Part shown: positions 1 to 9,461 of the stretch, piece after piece | Position numbering within the stretch: the first letter of the stretch is position 1 | Layout: each line of letters begins with the position of its first letter | Source of the DNA: Chloroflexota bacterium | GTDB taxonomy: Bacteria > Chloroflexota > Limnocylindria > Limnocylindrales > CSP1-4 | Direction of reading: 5' to 3' | Length of the DNA stretch: 64,000 bases | NCBI GenBank assembly: GCA_003152165.1 | Contig: PLZO01000022.1 | Location: 2,362-66,361 of the forward strand | The notes under the pieces: model-generated | Seen by the model: only the letters and a program-made list of their open reading frames with translations | Databases searched by the model: none | Told to the model about the DNA's origin: nothing | Made by a program: the position numbers and the translations under genes

Positions 1-1
1 C

Positions 2-808
2 GCCGACTACGCCTTCGGTGAGGCGACCCGGGTCCTGTACGACGCGGTCTGGAGCGAGCTGTGCGACTGGGGCCTGGAGCTGGCCAAGGTTCGACTGGCC
101 GACGCTTCACTGTCGTCTGGTGCGCGCGAGGCGACCTGGTGGACGCTAGTCGAGGCACTCGACACGAACCTGCGCCTGCTCCATCCGTTCATGCCGTTCC
201 TGACCGAAGCGATCTGGACCGCGACGCCCCACACGCCGGGCGATCCCGAGTTGCTGATCGTCGCCGATTGGCCGGGCCCGGAGGTGGCCATCCGGCACGA
301 CGAGGCCGCTGAGGCTGAGGTAGGGGTCGTGATCGAGCTCGTCCGAGGGATTCGCAATGCGCGCTCGCATGCGCGTCTCGAACCGGCGGCCTGGCTGCCG
401 GTCGACATCGCGGCAGACCCAGCCGTCGCTGTCGCCCTCGAAGCACTTCGGCCGGCGGTCGAGCGTCTTGCCCGGGCTCGTCCGCTGTCGATCCACCCGA
501 CCCGCGACGCGTTCCTGAGCGCGACCCGGGCCGGTGGTCTGTCGGTCATCGGCAGCGGCGTCGAAGCGGTCGTGGGTCGGGCTGCGGGGAGCACCGGAGG
601 CGGCAGCCCCGACGCCGCTGCGCTCGACCGGGAGCGCCTTCGGCGTGAGCTGGCGACAGCCCAAGCGCTGCTCGACGCCGCCCGGGCCCGCCTCGCCAAC
701 GAGGCATTCACGAGGAAGGCGCCGCCGAGCGTGGTCGAGGGCGCCCGCGTCCGGGCGACGGAACTGGCCGACCAGGTCCTCCGGCTCGAGGAGCGCCTGG
801 GCGCCTGA
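2..808 (+). CDS. valS: Valyl-tRNA synthetase, C-terminal part (5' end lies outside the window)
   Basis: Frame-2 translation from nt 2 reads ADYAFGEATRVLYDAVWSELCDWGLELAKVRL...FMPFLTEAIW..., the conserved ValRS anticodon-binding region, followed by a C-terminal coiled-coil tail. The reading frame stays open back to the window edge. Confidence 0.85.
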   Translation, partial: ADYAFGEATRVLYDAVWSELCDWGLELAKVRLADASLSSGAREATWWTLVEALDTNLRLLHPFMPFLTEAIWTATPHTPGDPELLIVADWPGPEVAIRHDEAAEAEVGVVIELVRGIRNARSHARLEPAAWLPVDIAADPAVAVALEALRPAVERLARARPLSIHPTRDAFLSATRAGGLSVIGSGVEAVVGRAAGSTGGGSPDAAALDRERLRRELATAQALLDAARARLANEAFTRKAPPSVVEGARVRATELADQVLRLEERLGA

Positions 809-853
809 GCCGACGGGGCGGGCCGGCCCGCCCCGTCGGCCGTGGTCGGCCCC

Positions 854-1753
854 TCAGCCCTTGACCGAACCGCCTACGATGCCGCGCACGAAGTAGCGCT
901 GCAGAGTGAGGAAGACGGCGAGCGGCAGGGCCATCGAGAGGAATGCCGCCGCGGCCAGGTACCACCAGCCTTGGCCCAGTGAGCCGACCAGGTTGGCCAC
1001 AACGATGGTGAGTGGGGCATTCTGGGGATTGGCTGCGCCCACGTAGATCAACGCCACGAGCAGGTCGTTCCACACGAACAGGAACTGAAAGATCGCCAGG
1101 GCGGCGATCGCGGGCACGGTCATCGGCAGGGCCAGCCGAAGGAACGAGGTCACATGGCTGGCCCCGTCGATCGAGGCGGACTCGAAGACCTCGCGGGGCA
1201 GGCTGCCCATGAAGTTGCGCAGGAGGTAGATCGCAAACGGCAGGCCGTAGCCGGTGTGGGCCAACCACAGGGCCATGAACTGGCCGTTGAGGTGGAAGAC
1301 CGCGAACAGCTGAATGATCGGGATGAACGTCGTCTGGAGCGGTACCACGAGCAAGCCCACGACCACCACGAAGAGGAGGTTCCGCCCGGGAAAGCTCATC
1401 CAGGCAAAGGCATATGCCGCGAATGCGGCGACGAGGATCGGGATGACCGTCGCCGGGATCGTGATGAACAGGCTGTTGATGAAGGCCGGCCAGATCCCGG
1501 CCTGGCCAAGCACGTAGGTGTAGTTCTGAAGGGTGAGTTGCGACGGCTGGAAGATCGCGGTCCACCAGCCGCTTGTTTGGACCGCTGCCTCCGGGCGGAA
1601 TGAGTTGACGAACAGGCCGATCGTGGGGATCAGCCAGATGGCCATGAGCAGAATGACCACGAAGTGGAGGCCCAGGCGGCCGAGCCGGCGACGCACGGGG
1701 CCGGAGCCCGTCGTGGTTGCGGCGGTCGGCGCGGAGGCAGCAAGACTGGTCAT
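854..1753 (-). CDS. Sugar ABC transporter permease (CUT1 family, MalG-like)
   Basis: 299 aa with 6 predicted TM segments and the binding-protein-dependent transport signature region (…ASIDGASHVTSFLRLALPM…). It shares an operon with a second permease and a solute-binding protein. Confidence 0.85.
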   Translation of the reverse strand: MTSLAASAPTAATTTGSGPVRRRLGRLGLHFVVILLMAIWLIPTIGLFVNSFRPEAAVQTSGWWTAIFQPSQLTLQNYTYVLGQAGIWPAFINSLFITIPATVIPILVAAFAAYAFAWMSFPGRNLLFVVVVGLLVVPLQTTFIPIIQLFAVFHLNGQFMALWLAHTGYGLPFAIYLLRNFMGSLPREVFESASIDGASHVTSFLRLALPMTVPAIAALAIFQFLFVWNDLLVALIYVGAANPQNAPLTIVVANLVGSLGQGWWYLAAAAFLSMALPLAVFLTLQRYFVRGIVGGSVKG

Positions 1754-2727
1754 CGAATGGCCTCCTGGGCCTGGAAGCGCTTGATGTTGACGGCCATGAC
1801 CGGGATGATCGCGATCATCAGGACGATGGCGATCGCGCTACCCCGCCCAAAATCGCCGAAGTTGAACATCTCCTGGTACATCGAATTGGCGATGACCTGG
1901 GTGTCGAAGGCCCCGTTGGTCATGACGTACACGATGTCGAACGCCTTGAGGGCGGTGATGATGATCGTGGTCGACACGACGGCCAGGGTTGGGGTGAGCA
2001 GCGGGAAGATGATCCCCTTGAAGACCTGCCACTCGGTGGCGCCGTCTACGCGGGCCGCTTCAAGCAGCTCCGCGTTGATCCCCTTGAGCGCTGCCGAGAT
2101 GATCACCATGCAGAAGCCGGTCCAGGTCCAGGTGGTCACGATCACCAGCAGGATCGTGTTGAAGCTGAAGTTGCTGATCGTGAGGAACGGCAGCGGCCCG
2201 ACGCCGAGCGGGGTGATCGCCGCATTGAGCGTGCCGGTCTGGGCTACTCCAGGCGGCTGGTAGACGAACATGAACAGCCAGATGACGCTGGCCGCCGTCG
2301 CGCTGATCGCCAGGGGCACGAAGATGACCGACTTGGCAAATGACTCGTAGCGGACCCGATCGACGAGGATCGCAATGAGCATCCCCAACCCGACGGTCAG
2401 GACCGTCAGCAGGACGATCCAGATGACGTTGTTCTTGAGGGCTCCCAGCGTGCCGCTGTCACCAAAGAACCAGGCGTAGTTGGCGAGCCCGATGAAATGC
2501 TTGCCGAGTTGGTCCTGGAGGCTCCGGATCAGCGTTCCGACCGTCGGATAGACCAGAAACACGAATAGGAATGCCAGGGCTGGAAACAGCCACAGCCAGG
2601 GTCGAACTCGCGGCTGAGCTCGTTGGGGGAAGACGCGGAGGACCTGCTCCGTCGCCACGATGTATCCAATCAGGACGGCGGGAACGCCGACCACGACGAT
2701 CAGTGCCGTGGTCAAACGAGGATCCAT
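1750..2727 (-). CDS. Sugar ABC transporter permease (CUT1 family, MalF-like)
   Basis: 325 aa polytopic membrane protein with the EAA-like motif (…EAARVDGATEWQVFKGIIFPLL…). It overlaps the downstream permease by 4 nt. Confidence 0.85.
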   Translation of the reverse strand: MDPRLTTALIVVVGVPAVLIGYIVATEQVLRVFPQRAQPRVRPWLWLFPALAFLFVFLVYPTVGTLIRSLQDQLGKHFIGLANYAWFFGDSGTLGALKNNVIWIVLLTVLTVGLGMLIAILVDRVRYESFAKSVIFVPLAISATAASVIWLFMFVYQPPGVAQTGTLNAAITPLGVGPLPFLTISNFSFNTILLVIVTTWTWTGFCMVIISAALKGINAELLEAARVDGATEWQVFKGIIFPLLTPTLAVVSTTIIITALKAFDIVYVMTNGAFDTQVIANSMYQEMFNFGDFGRGSAIAIVLMIAIIPVMAVNIKRFQAQEAIR

Positions 2728-2822
2728 CGGCTTGCCTCCGAGTATTTGGGTGCGCGAGCGGGAGGCACGTGCCGCCCGCTCGCGCGGTTCGCGGAGCTAT
2801 CCGGTTGGTTTCGTCGTGGACC

Positions 2823-4265
2823 CTACGGGGTGTAGGACGAGGCTTGGACGGAGTCGAGATGGGCCAGGAGCGTATCCAGCTGGGTCGGATCCTGGATGTA
2901 CTTCAGGAGATCCTGGTAGAAGGCCGTCTGCATCGGGGCCGGCATCTGGTCCGAGGCGTCGAACACGAATGACGTGGCACCTGACAGGATCGCGCCGAGC
3001 CGCTGGTTCATCGTGTTGGGGTAGTTGGCAACGCCTTTGTTGGCCGACAGGAATTCGCCGTCAGCGACGAACAGCTGCTGGGCCTGGGAGCTGACGAGGT
3101 ACTTCATGAGGGCGGCCGCCTGGGGCGTGTTGTTGAACGCACCGAACAGGTCGCCGGCGCCCTCGACCGCCGCCGCGTACTGCGGGTTGATCGCAGGGAA
3201 CGGGAAGAAGTTGTAGTCGGTCAGCCTCGTCTTGTTGGCGAAGGCCCCGAGCCCGGTGATGAAGCTGGCCTGATGCAGGAAGAGGCAGCCCGGGGGCGAC
3301 GCGAATATCGGGTCCCCGGCGTTGGCGAAGTTCGTGGTCAGGATCCGGGCCGACCCGCCGTAACTCCCGGCCACCATCTGGCCAAGATCCTGGAAGGCGG
3401 TCTTGATCCCGGGGTCCGTCCACTTGGTCTTACCTGTCCACCAGCTGTTGTAGTAGGTGGGGCCGCTGTTACGGAGGACGAAGGATTCGAGCACGTCCGT
3501 AGCCGGCCAGCCGGAGGCGGCGCCGGACTCAACGCTGAAGCACCACGCCGACTGGGCCTTGGCCTTGTCCGCGGTGATCAGGGCAGTGAGGGCGTCCCAG
3601 GTGGCGGGCGGGCTCGTGCTGAGGTCACCCGTGACCTGTGGGTCGTACCAGATCTGGCCCTTGGCCGAGACGTCGAGGAAGACGCCCGACAGCTTGCCAC
3701 CGGTCGTGCCGAGCTGGACGAGCGCTGCTGGTGTCTGGGCTGTATAGGAAGGCACATCCAGCATGGTTGACAGGTCCTGGAGCTTGCCGGCGGCGGCGTA
3801 CTGGATCATCTGGGCGGGCCCCGGCAGGCCGGCGATGTCCGGCAACTGGCCCGACGCGATGCCGGTCGTCAGGACCGCCGGTTCGTCGCGAGTTCCGGTG
3901 TAATTGACGGTGACTCCTGTGGCGTCCTCGAATGGCTTAACCATGTTCAGGAACTGCTGCTGCTCGCTCCCGCCCCAGACGGCCAGGACGCTGACCGAGC
4001 CGCCGATGCTGGTGCCGAGGGTGGCTGCGTAGGTCTTGGCTGCCGCGACCGCCGCCGGGTCGAGCGACGGGAGTGGCGCCAGAGTGGGTGAGGCGGCTGC
4101 AGCCGATGCGGCCGGTGCGCTCGCGCTCGGCACTGCGGCGGCGCTCGGCACCGAGGCCGAGCTGGGAGCCGCCGTTGCGCCGCTGCTGCAGGCGGCGAAG
4201 ACGAGGCCGGCGGTCGCCAGCAATGCTCCTGCGCGCCTGATCCCGAATGTCGATCGATTACTCAC
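2823..4265 (-). CDS. Extracellular solute-binding lipoprotein of a sugar ABC transporter
   Basis: Family-1 SBP-like sequence. I place the start at the GTG at 4265, which has a strong RBS (gaaggagaggag) and is followed by a signal peptide with a lipobox-like LVFAAC-SS. The ORF-track start at 4358 is probably too far upstream. Confidence 0.8.
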   Translation of the reverse strand: MSNRSTFGIRRAGALLATAGLVFAACSSGATAAPSSASVPSAAAVPSASAPAASAAAASPTLAPLPSLDPAAVAAAKTYAATLGTSIGGSVSVLAVWGGSEQQQFLNMVKPFEDATGVTVNYTGTRDEPAVLTTGIASGQLPDIAGLPGPAQMIQYAAAGKLQDLSTMLDVPSYTAQTPAALVQLGTTGGKLSGVFLDVSAKGQIWYDPQVTGDLSTSPPATWDALTALITADKAKAQSAWCFSVESGAASGWPATDVLESFVLRNSGPTYYNSWWTGKTKWTDPGIKTAFQDLGQMVAGSYGGSARILTTNFANAGDPIFASPPGCLFLHQASFITGLGAFANKTRLTDYNFFPFPAINPQYAAAVEGAGDLFGAFNNTPQAAALMKYLVSSQAQQLFVADGEFLSANKGVANYPNTMNQRLGAILSGATSFVFDASDQMPAPMQTAFYQDLLKYIQDPTQLDTLLAHLDSVQASSYTP

Positions 4266-4354
4266 TCGATGTCTCCTCTCCTTCGTGACTGGCACCCTTC
4301 GTTCAGGGCCTGGCCAGCGAAAACGTCCAATGCACTCCTCCTCGCTCAGTTGCC

Positions 4355-5395
4355 TCATCGCCCTCCCGGTCTGGGGGGGACGGCGGTCGAGTCGCGAACG
4401 ATGAGTTGAGTGGGCAGGAGCGTCCGGGCAGGGACCGGCCGCCCCGCGATCCGATCGACGAGCAGGCGACCGGCCGTCTCACCCAGGCCACCGGCCGGCA
4501 GTCGGACGGTCGTCAGGGGCGGGTCCACGTGAGCTGCGATCGGGATGTCGTCGAAGCCGACGACCGAGACGTCAGCCGGGATCCGCAGGCCCACCTTGCG
4601 TAGCCCACGCATGGCGCCGATGGCCACCACATCGCTGGCCACGAACACGGCCGTCGGGCGGGCCCGCCCAAGGAGCTCGGCCATCGCCAGGTGACCGCTG
4701 GCGGCATCGAACCCGCCCTCGATGACGAGACCAGGGTCGTACTCGATCCCGGCCGTGGTCAAGGCAGCGCAATAGCCGTCCAGGCGTTCGGCGGCGGCGG
4801 TGTAGTGGAGGGGAGCGTTGGTGATGCAGCCGATCCGGCGATGGCCCAATTCGAGCAGATGCTCGACAGCGCCCCGGGCGCCGGCCCGGTTGTCGACGTC
4901 GACGCTGGGTGCATCGAGGTCCGCTCGGGAGCCCTGGATCACGATCGGGAACCCATCGCGGACCAGGGCCGCCAGCTCGTCGTCATCGTCGCGCGGTCCC
5001 GAGACGACCAGGCCATCGGCCCGCCGCGAGCGAAGCAGGTCGGCGTAGGTGCCGTCCCCCGGCGCGAGCGGCTCGACCAGCACCCGAAAGCCGCCGGCTC
5101 GTGCCGCCGCGGCCAGGCCCCACAGCGTGTTGGCCAGGTTCATGTCGGCCGCGACCTGCTCGGCCGACTGGCGCATCACCAGCCCGATCGTCAGGCTCGT
5201 CCCGGCGGCCAGCTGGCGAGCCGGGCCATGGGGGTGGTAATCGAGCTCGCGGGCAGCTTCCTCCACCCGTCGCCAGGTCCCGGCTGGAATCTGGACATCG
5301 GATCGACCGTTGATCACGAATGAGACCGTCGTGCGTGACACGCCAGCCCGCGCGGCCACGTCGGCGCTGGTCGGTCGCGGCGGTCGCTCGCGCAC
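4355..5395 (-). CDS. LacI-family transcriptional regulator
   Basis: N-terminal HTH (TSADVAARAGVSRTTVSFVINGR) followed by a periplasmic-binding-protein-like sugar-binding domain. It is transcribed divergently from the GH13 gene. Confidence 0.9.
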   Translation of the reverse strand: MRERPPRPTSADVAARAGVSRTTVSFVINGRSDVQIPAGTWRRVEEAARELDYHPHGPARQLAAGTSLTIGLVMRQSAEQVAADMNLANTLWGLAAAARAGGFRVLVEPLAPGDGTYADLLRSRRADGLVVSGPRDDDDELAALVRDGFPIVIQGSRADLDAPSVDVDNRAGARGAVEHLLELGHRRIGCITNAPLHYTAAAERLDGYCAALTTAGIEYDPGLVIEGGFDAASGHLAMAELLGRARPTAVFVASDVVAIGAMRGLRKVGLRIPADVSVVGFDDIPIAAHVDPPLTTVRLPAGGLGETAGRLLVDRIAGRPVPARTLLPTQLIVRDSTAVPPRPGGR

Positions 5396-5469
5396 CCAGA
5401 TCTCCTTTCTCTCGGTGACCCGATCGTGGTTTGGGCTTGACCGGGCCGTCCGCGTGGCCGAGACTAACT

Positions 5470-5484
5470 CGCGTTAGTAACGCG
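5470..5484. promoter_or_regulatory. 15-bp palindrome cgcgTTAgTAAcgcg in the LacI/GH13 divergent intergenic region; candidate LacI-family operator
   Basis: Perfect inverted repeat around a central base, located between the divergent LacI regulator and the alpha-glucosidase gene. Confidence 0.4.
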
Positions 5485-5564
5485 CATTATCCGCACCTGT
5501 CGTGCCACGTCAAGTGAAATCCGGGATGATCTCCAGCCAGATGGGCGATCGAGACCAGGCCATC

Positions 5565-7229
5565 ATGGATGCGCTGCCAGAAGCTCCCGTCACGCCGGCT
5601 GCAGACGCCCTCGAGGGGTGGCGCAGCGGGGTGGTCTACCAAGTCTATCCGCGCAGCTTCAGCGATACCGACGGTGACGGGGTCGGCGACCTCGCGGGGA
5701 TCCTCGACCATCTTGACTACCTCAATGACGGCAGCCCAGACTCGCTCGGGATCGATGCCATCTGGCTGTCGCCGATCTATCCTTCGGCCGGCTTCGACTC
5801 GGGCTACGACGTCTCCGATTACAGCGCCATCGACCGGATCTTCGGCACTCTTTCGGACTTTGAGCGGCTGGTGGCCGAGGCCCACCGCCGGGGCATCCGG
5901 GTGATCCTGGATCTCGTCCTGAATCACACCAGCCATCTCCACCCGTGGTTCGTCGAGTCGCGCGCCAGCCGGACCGGGCTTCGCAGCGATTGGTACATCT
6001 GGCGCGACCCAGCCGGCTACAGCCCGGCTGGCCGACCTCGCCGCCCGAACAACTGGGTCTCTTTCTTTGGCGGCCCGGCGTGGACCTGGGATGCCACCCG
6101 CGAACAGTTCTACCTGCACACGTTCCTGCCCCAGCAGCCCGACCTGAACTGGCGCAATCCGGCGGTCCGGGCGGCCGTGCTCGAGATCATCCGGACCTGG
6201 CTGGACCGTGGCGTCGACGGCTTTCGGTTCGACGTCTTCAATGCCTTCTTCAAGCACGCCGACCTGCCGTCGAATCCGTATCGGCTGGGCGGTCGGCGCG
6301 CCTACAGTCGGCAGGTTCACCTGTACGACAAGAACCAGCCTGAGCTGGTCGAGCTGCTGGCCGAGATCCGCCAGATCGTCGATGAGCTGCCGGGCCGGAT
6401 GACGGTCGGCGAGTTGTTCGAGGGCTCCGTGCGCCAGGCCGCCGCGTATACGGCGCCGGGCCATCTGATCTTCGACTTCAGCCTGATTCGCCAGCCATGG
6501 AGCGCCCGGGCGTTCGCCCGGGCCATCGCCGAGCGCGAGGCGGCCTTCGGGCCTGGCGGGTGGCCCACGATTGTCCTGTCCAACCACGATCAGTCGCGCT
6601 CCGCCAGTCGCTACGATGACGGCCCTCACGGCGATGCTCGGGTAAAGGTCGCCGCCACCCTCCTCCTGACGCTGCGCGGGACACCGTTCCTGTACTACGG
6701 CGAGGAGATCGGCCTGCGCGACGTGGCCGTTCCGTGGGCCGAGATCCAGGATCCGGCGGCCCGCCGCTCGCGCTTCCTGTCGAGCTGGTGGAACCGCGAC
6801 CAGGCCCGGGCGCCGATGCCCTGGGGTCTGGGTCCGAACGCCGGCTTCAGCACGGCCCGCCCGTGGCTCCGGATGAGCCCCGAGAGCGCAACCCGAAACG
6901 TGGCCAGCCAGACTGCGGATCCAAGGTCCGTCCTGTCGTACTACCGCCGCCTGATCTGGCTGCGCCGGTCGCGGTCCGCCCTGTCCGTCGGCTCCTACGA
7001 GGCGGTCGGGATCGGGGATGCGTCGGTCTTCGCCTACCTCCGCCGCGCGGCGGACCAGGCTGCCCTGGTCGTCCTCGGTTTCGGCCGGCGGGCGGTGACC
7101 GTGGCTCTGCCGGAGTCGCCGTCAGGGCGGCCATGGCGAGCGATCCTGTCGACCCATGATCCACTGCCGCCGGCCGGTGACCGGCTCGAGCTAAGGCCGC
7201 TCGAGGCCGTCATCTTCGTTGACGACTGA
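5565..7229 (+). CDS. GH13 alpha-glucosidase / oligo-1,6-glucosidase-type alpha-amylase-family enzyme
   Basis: VVYQVYPRSFSDTDGDGVGDLAGILDHLDYL, GIRVILDLVLNHTSH and FRFDV motifs of GH13. The start is uncertain: ATG at 5565, ATG at 5541, or GTG at 5502. Confidence 0.85.
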   Translation: MDALPEAPVTPAADALEGWRSGVVYQVYPRSFSDTDGDGVGDLAGILDHLDYLNDGSPDSLGIDAIWLSPIYPSAGFDSGYDVSDYSAIDRIFGTLSDFERLVAEAHRRGIRVILDLVLNHTSHLHPWFVESRASRTGLRSDWYIWRDPAGYSPAGRPRRPNNWVSFFGGPAWTWDATREQFYLHTFLPQQPDLNWRNPAVRAAVLEIIRTWLDRGVDGFRFDVFNAFFKHADLPSNPYRLGGRRAYSRQVHLYDKNQPELVELLAEIRQIVDELPGRMTVGELFEGSVRQAAAYTAPGHLIFDFSLIRQPWSARAFARAIAEREAAFGPGGWPTIVLSNHDQSRSASRYDDGPHGDARVKVAATLLLTLRGTPFLYYGEEIGLRDVAVPWAEIQDPAARRSRFLSSWWNRDQARAPMPWGLGPNAGFSTARPWLRMSPESATRNVASQTADPRSVLSYYRRLIWLRRSRSALSVGSYEAVGIGDASVFAYLRRAADQAALVVLGFGRRAVTVALPESPSGRPWRAILSTHDPLPPAGDRLELRPLEAVIFVDD

Positions 7230-9378
7230 GCGCCGATCCACCCAGCGCGGGTTCCGGCTGCTCAAGCAGAATCGGCTTCGCCTGCTGAGCGATGGAGCCG
7301 GCGCGATCGAGCCGGACGAGCGCGGATACGGGCTGTATGCCGGCGACACCCGCTTCATCTGCCGGCTGGACCTCCGCGTCGCCGGCCGTCGCCCCACCGC
7401 CGGCGCCGGGTCCGAGGCAATGCTCGGGCCGAGCCAGGTCGATCGGATCGACCTGGTCCTCAGTGGTGCTCGTTCCACACTCCAGCTTCGACGCCGGCGA
7501 GAGCTCGGTGCGAGCCTGGCCGAGCGGCTCACGCTGATTCAGGCTGGTCCGCGACAGACGACCGCCGTCGTGCGCCTCACCATCGGCTTCGATGCCGCCG
7601 ACATCTTCGAGATTCGTGGCTATCGGCGGCGCGTTCGCGGAGAGCTCCTGCCTGTCCGGGCCGACGGTTCACGGGTCCGCTTCGGCTACCTCGGCCGCGA
7701 TTCCCGTCTGCGCACGATGGTCATCGATGTCCGACCGCCCCCGAGCGGGCCGATCTCGACAGGGACGGTCCGCCATGGCCGGGAGGTGACCGCCACAATT
7801 CTGTGGCGCGTGCCCGTGGCCAGCGGACTGCCCGTCCGGCTGGCCTGGCTGGTTCAGCCGGCCGAGGATCCCGTCGAGGACCGGGCGACCGCGTTGGCGG
7901 CGATGGCCGCGCCGATCAGGCCCCTGGTTCGGCCACGCAACCCGGGCCAGTGGCCGGCCAGGCAAGCCGAGATTCGCGTGGACGACCCGATGGTTCAGCG
8001 GGTCCTCGACCGGGCCCTGGACGACCTGGGCGTCCTGTCCGAGGACGGTCCAGGACCAGGCGAACGGTTCGAGGCGGCGGGCCTGCCCTGGTTCGCCGCG
8101 CTCTTTGGCCGCGACGCACTGCTGACGGGTTTCGAGGCGATTGCCTTCCGGCCCGACCTGGTCCTCGGCGCGCTCAAGGTGCTGGCGATTCGTCAAGCCA
8201 CCGGTCGCGAAGGACGCTGGGGTGCGGAGCCCGGTCGGATCCTGCACGAGCTCAGGACCGGCGAGATGGCCCGCCTCGGCGAAGTGCCGTTCGGGCCGTC
8301 GTTCGACAGCGTCGACGCGACGCCGCTGTGGCTGATCATGCTCGGCGAGGTGAGCGACTGGATCGGGGATCCGGCGCTGCTTGATGGTCTCTGGCCGAGT
8401 GCGCTCCGAGCGCTCGACTGGATCGACGCGCGCACGGCTGCGGACCCGGACGGCTTCCTGCGCTACCTGGGCCAGCCGGGCGCATTGGCGAACGAGGGCT
8501 GGAAGGACTCGCCCGATGCGACCCGCGATCGCTCTGGAGCCATCGTTCCACCTCCAATCGCCCTGGCCGAGGTCCAGGGGTACGTCCATGACGCCTGGCG
8601 ACGGATGGCCCGAATGGCGCAGGCCCGCGGCGACTCTGCTCTCGCTCAACGGCTGATGGCCCGCGCCCGGCGGCTCCGCCGACGCTTTGATGCTGCGTTC
8701 TGGATCAACGACCGCCAGACGGTCGCTCTTGCCCTCGGTCGGGACGGTCGCGTTGCCGATGCGATCTCCTCGAACGCCGGGCAGTGCCTGTGGACGGGGA
8801 TCCTCAACGTCTCGTCGGCGACAGCTGTGGCCGGCCGGATCCTCGCTCGCGACATGGATTCGGGCTGGGGGATCCGGACGCTCGGCGCATCCGAGCCGGC
8901 ATTCGACCCGTTCGGCTACCACACGGGATCGGTCTGGCCGCACGATACGGCCCTGATTGCCGGGGGCCTCAAGCAGGCCGGCTTTGACGAGGCTGCACAG
9001 GGCATCGCCGACCGATTGCTGGAAGCTGCCGGCGCGCTCCCGGGCGACCGGCTGCCGGAGCTTATCTCGGGCGACGAGCGGCGGCCCGGGCTCGGACCCG
9101 GGCAGGTTCCGAGGGCCTGCCCCGTGCAGGCCTGGGCCTCGGCCGCGCCGCTCCACTTGATCCGGTCGCTGCTCGGTCTCCAGCCAGATGCGGCCCTCGG
9201 GCGGCTGAGCCTGCAACGGCCGGCCCTGCCGACGGCGATCGGCACGATGCGAATTTCGGGGCTGCGCGTTGGAGGCACCACCCTTGACCTGGGGATCTCC
9301 CGGACGCGGCGAGGGATCCGGGTTCGGACGCTCGGCCCGGAGGGACGCATCCGGGTCGTTGTCACAAGGCGCCCCTGA
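7219..9378 (+). CDS. Glycogen debranching enzyme (GDE_N + amylo-alpha-1,6-glucosidase GDE_C domains)
   Basis: N-terminal YGLYAGDTRFI and later GLPWFAALFGRDALLTGFEA; central (alpha/alpha)6 region. The start, probably TTG/GTG, overlaps the GH13 stop. Confidence 0.8.
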   Translation: MTTERRSTQRGFRLLKQNRLRLLSDGAGAIEPDERGYGLYAGDTRFICRLDLRVAGRRPTAGAGSEAMLGPSQVDRIDLVLSGARSTLQLRRRRELGASLAERLTLIQAGPRQTTAVVRLTIGFDAADIFEIRGYRRRVRGELLPVRADGSRVRFGYLGRDSRLRTMVIDVRPPPSGPISTGTVRHGREVTATILWRVPVASGLPVRLAWLVQPAEDPVEDRATALAAMAAPIRPLVRPRNPGQWPARQAEIRVDDPMVQRVLDRALDDLGVLSEDGPGPGERFEAAGLPWFAALFGRDALLTGFEAIAFRPDLVLGALKVLAIRQATGREGRWGAEPGRILHELRTGEMARLGEVPFGPSFDSVDATPLWLIMLGEVSDWIGDPALLDGLWPSALRALDWIDARTAADPDGFLRYLGQPGALANEGWKDSPDATRDRSGAIVPPPIALAEVQGYVHDAWRRMARMAQARGDSALAQRLMARARRLRRRFDAAFWINDRQTVALALGRDGRVADAISSNAGQCLWTGILNVSSATAVAGRILARDMDSGWGIRTLGASEPAFDPFGYHTGSVWPHDTALIAGGLKQAGFDEAAQGIADRLLEAAGALPGDRLPELISGDERRPGLGPGQVPRACPVQAWASAAPLHLIRSLLGLQPDAALGRLSLQRPALPTAIGTMRISGLRVGGTTLDLGISRTRRGIRVRTLGPEGRIRVVVTRRP

Positions 9379-9461
9379 GACTCAACGGTACCGTGGCCAC
9401 GCTGTCCCGGCACGAGGCCCGCGTTATCATCGGTTCGAGGCCACATCACGGGGAGTAGTTC

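Noticed and set aside
7-711. 234-aa minus-strand ORF rich in Ala/Ser/Arg
   Set aside because: It lies entirely antisense to the valS C-terminal coding region. Low-complexity composition is typical of a high-GC antisense artefact.
5487-6629. 380-aa minus-strand ORF
   Set aside because: Antisense to the GH13 alpha-glucosidase gene, which has clear family motifs. No motifs of its own.
7669-9216. 515-aa minus-strand ORF
   Set aside because: Antisense to the glycogen debranching enzyme gene. Arg/Pro/Gly-rich artefact.
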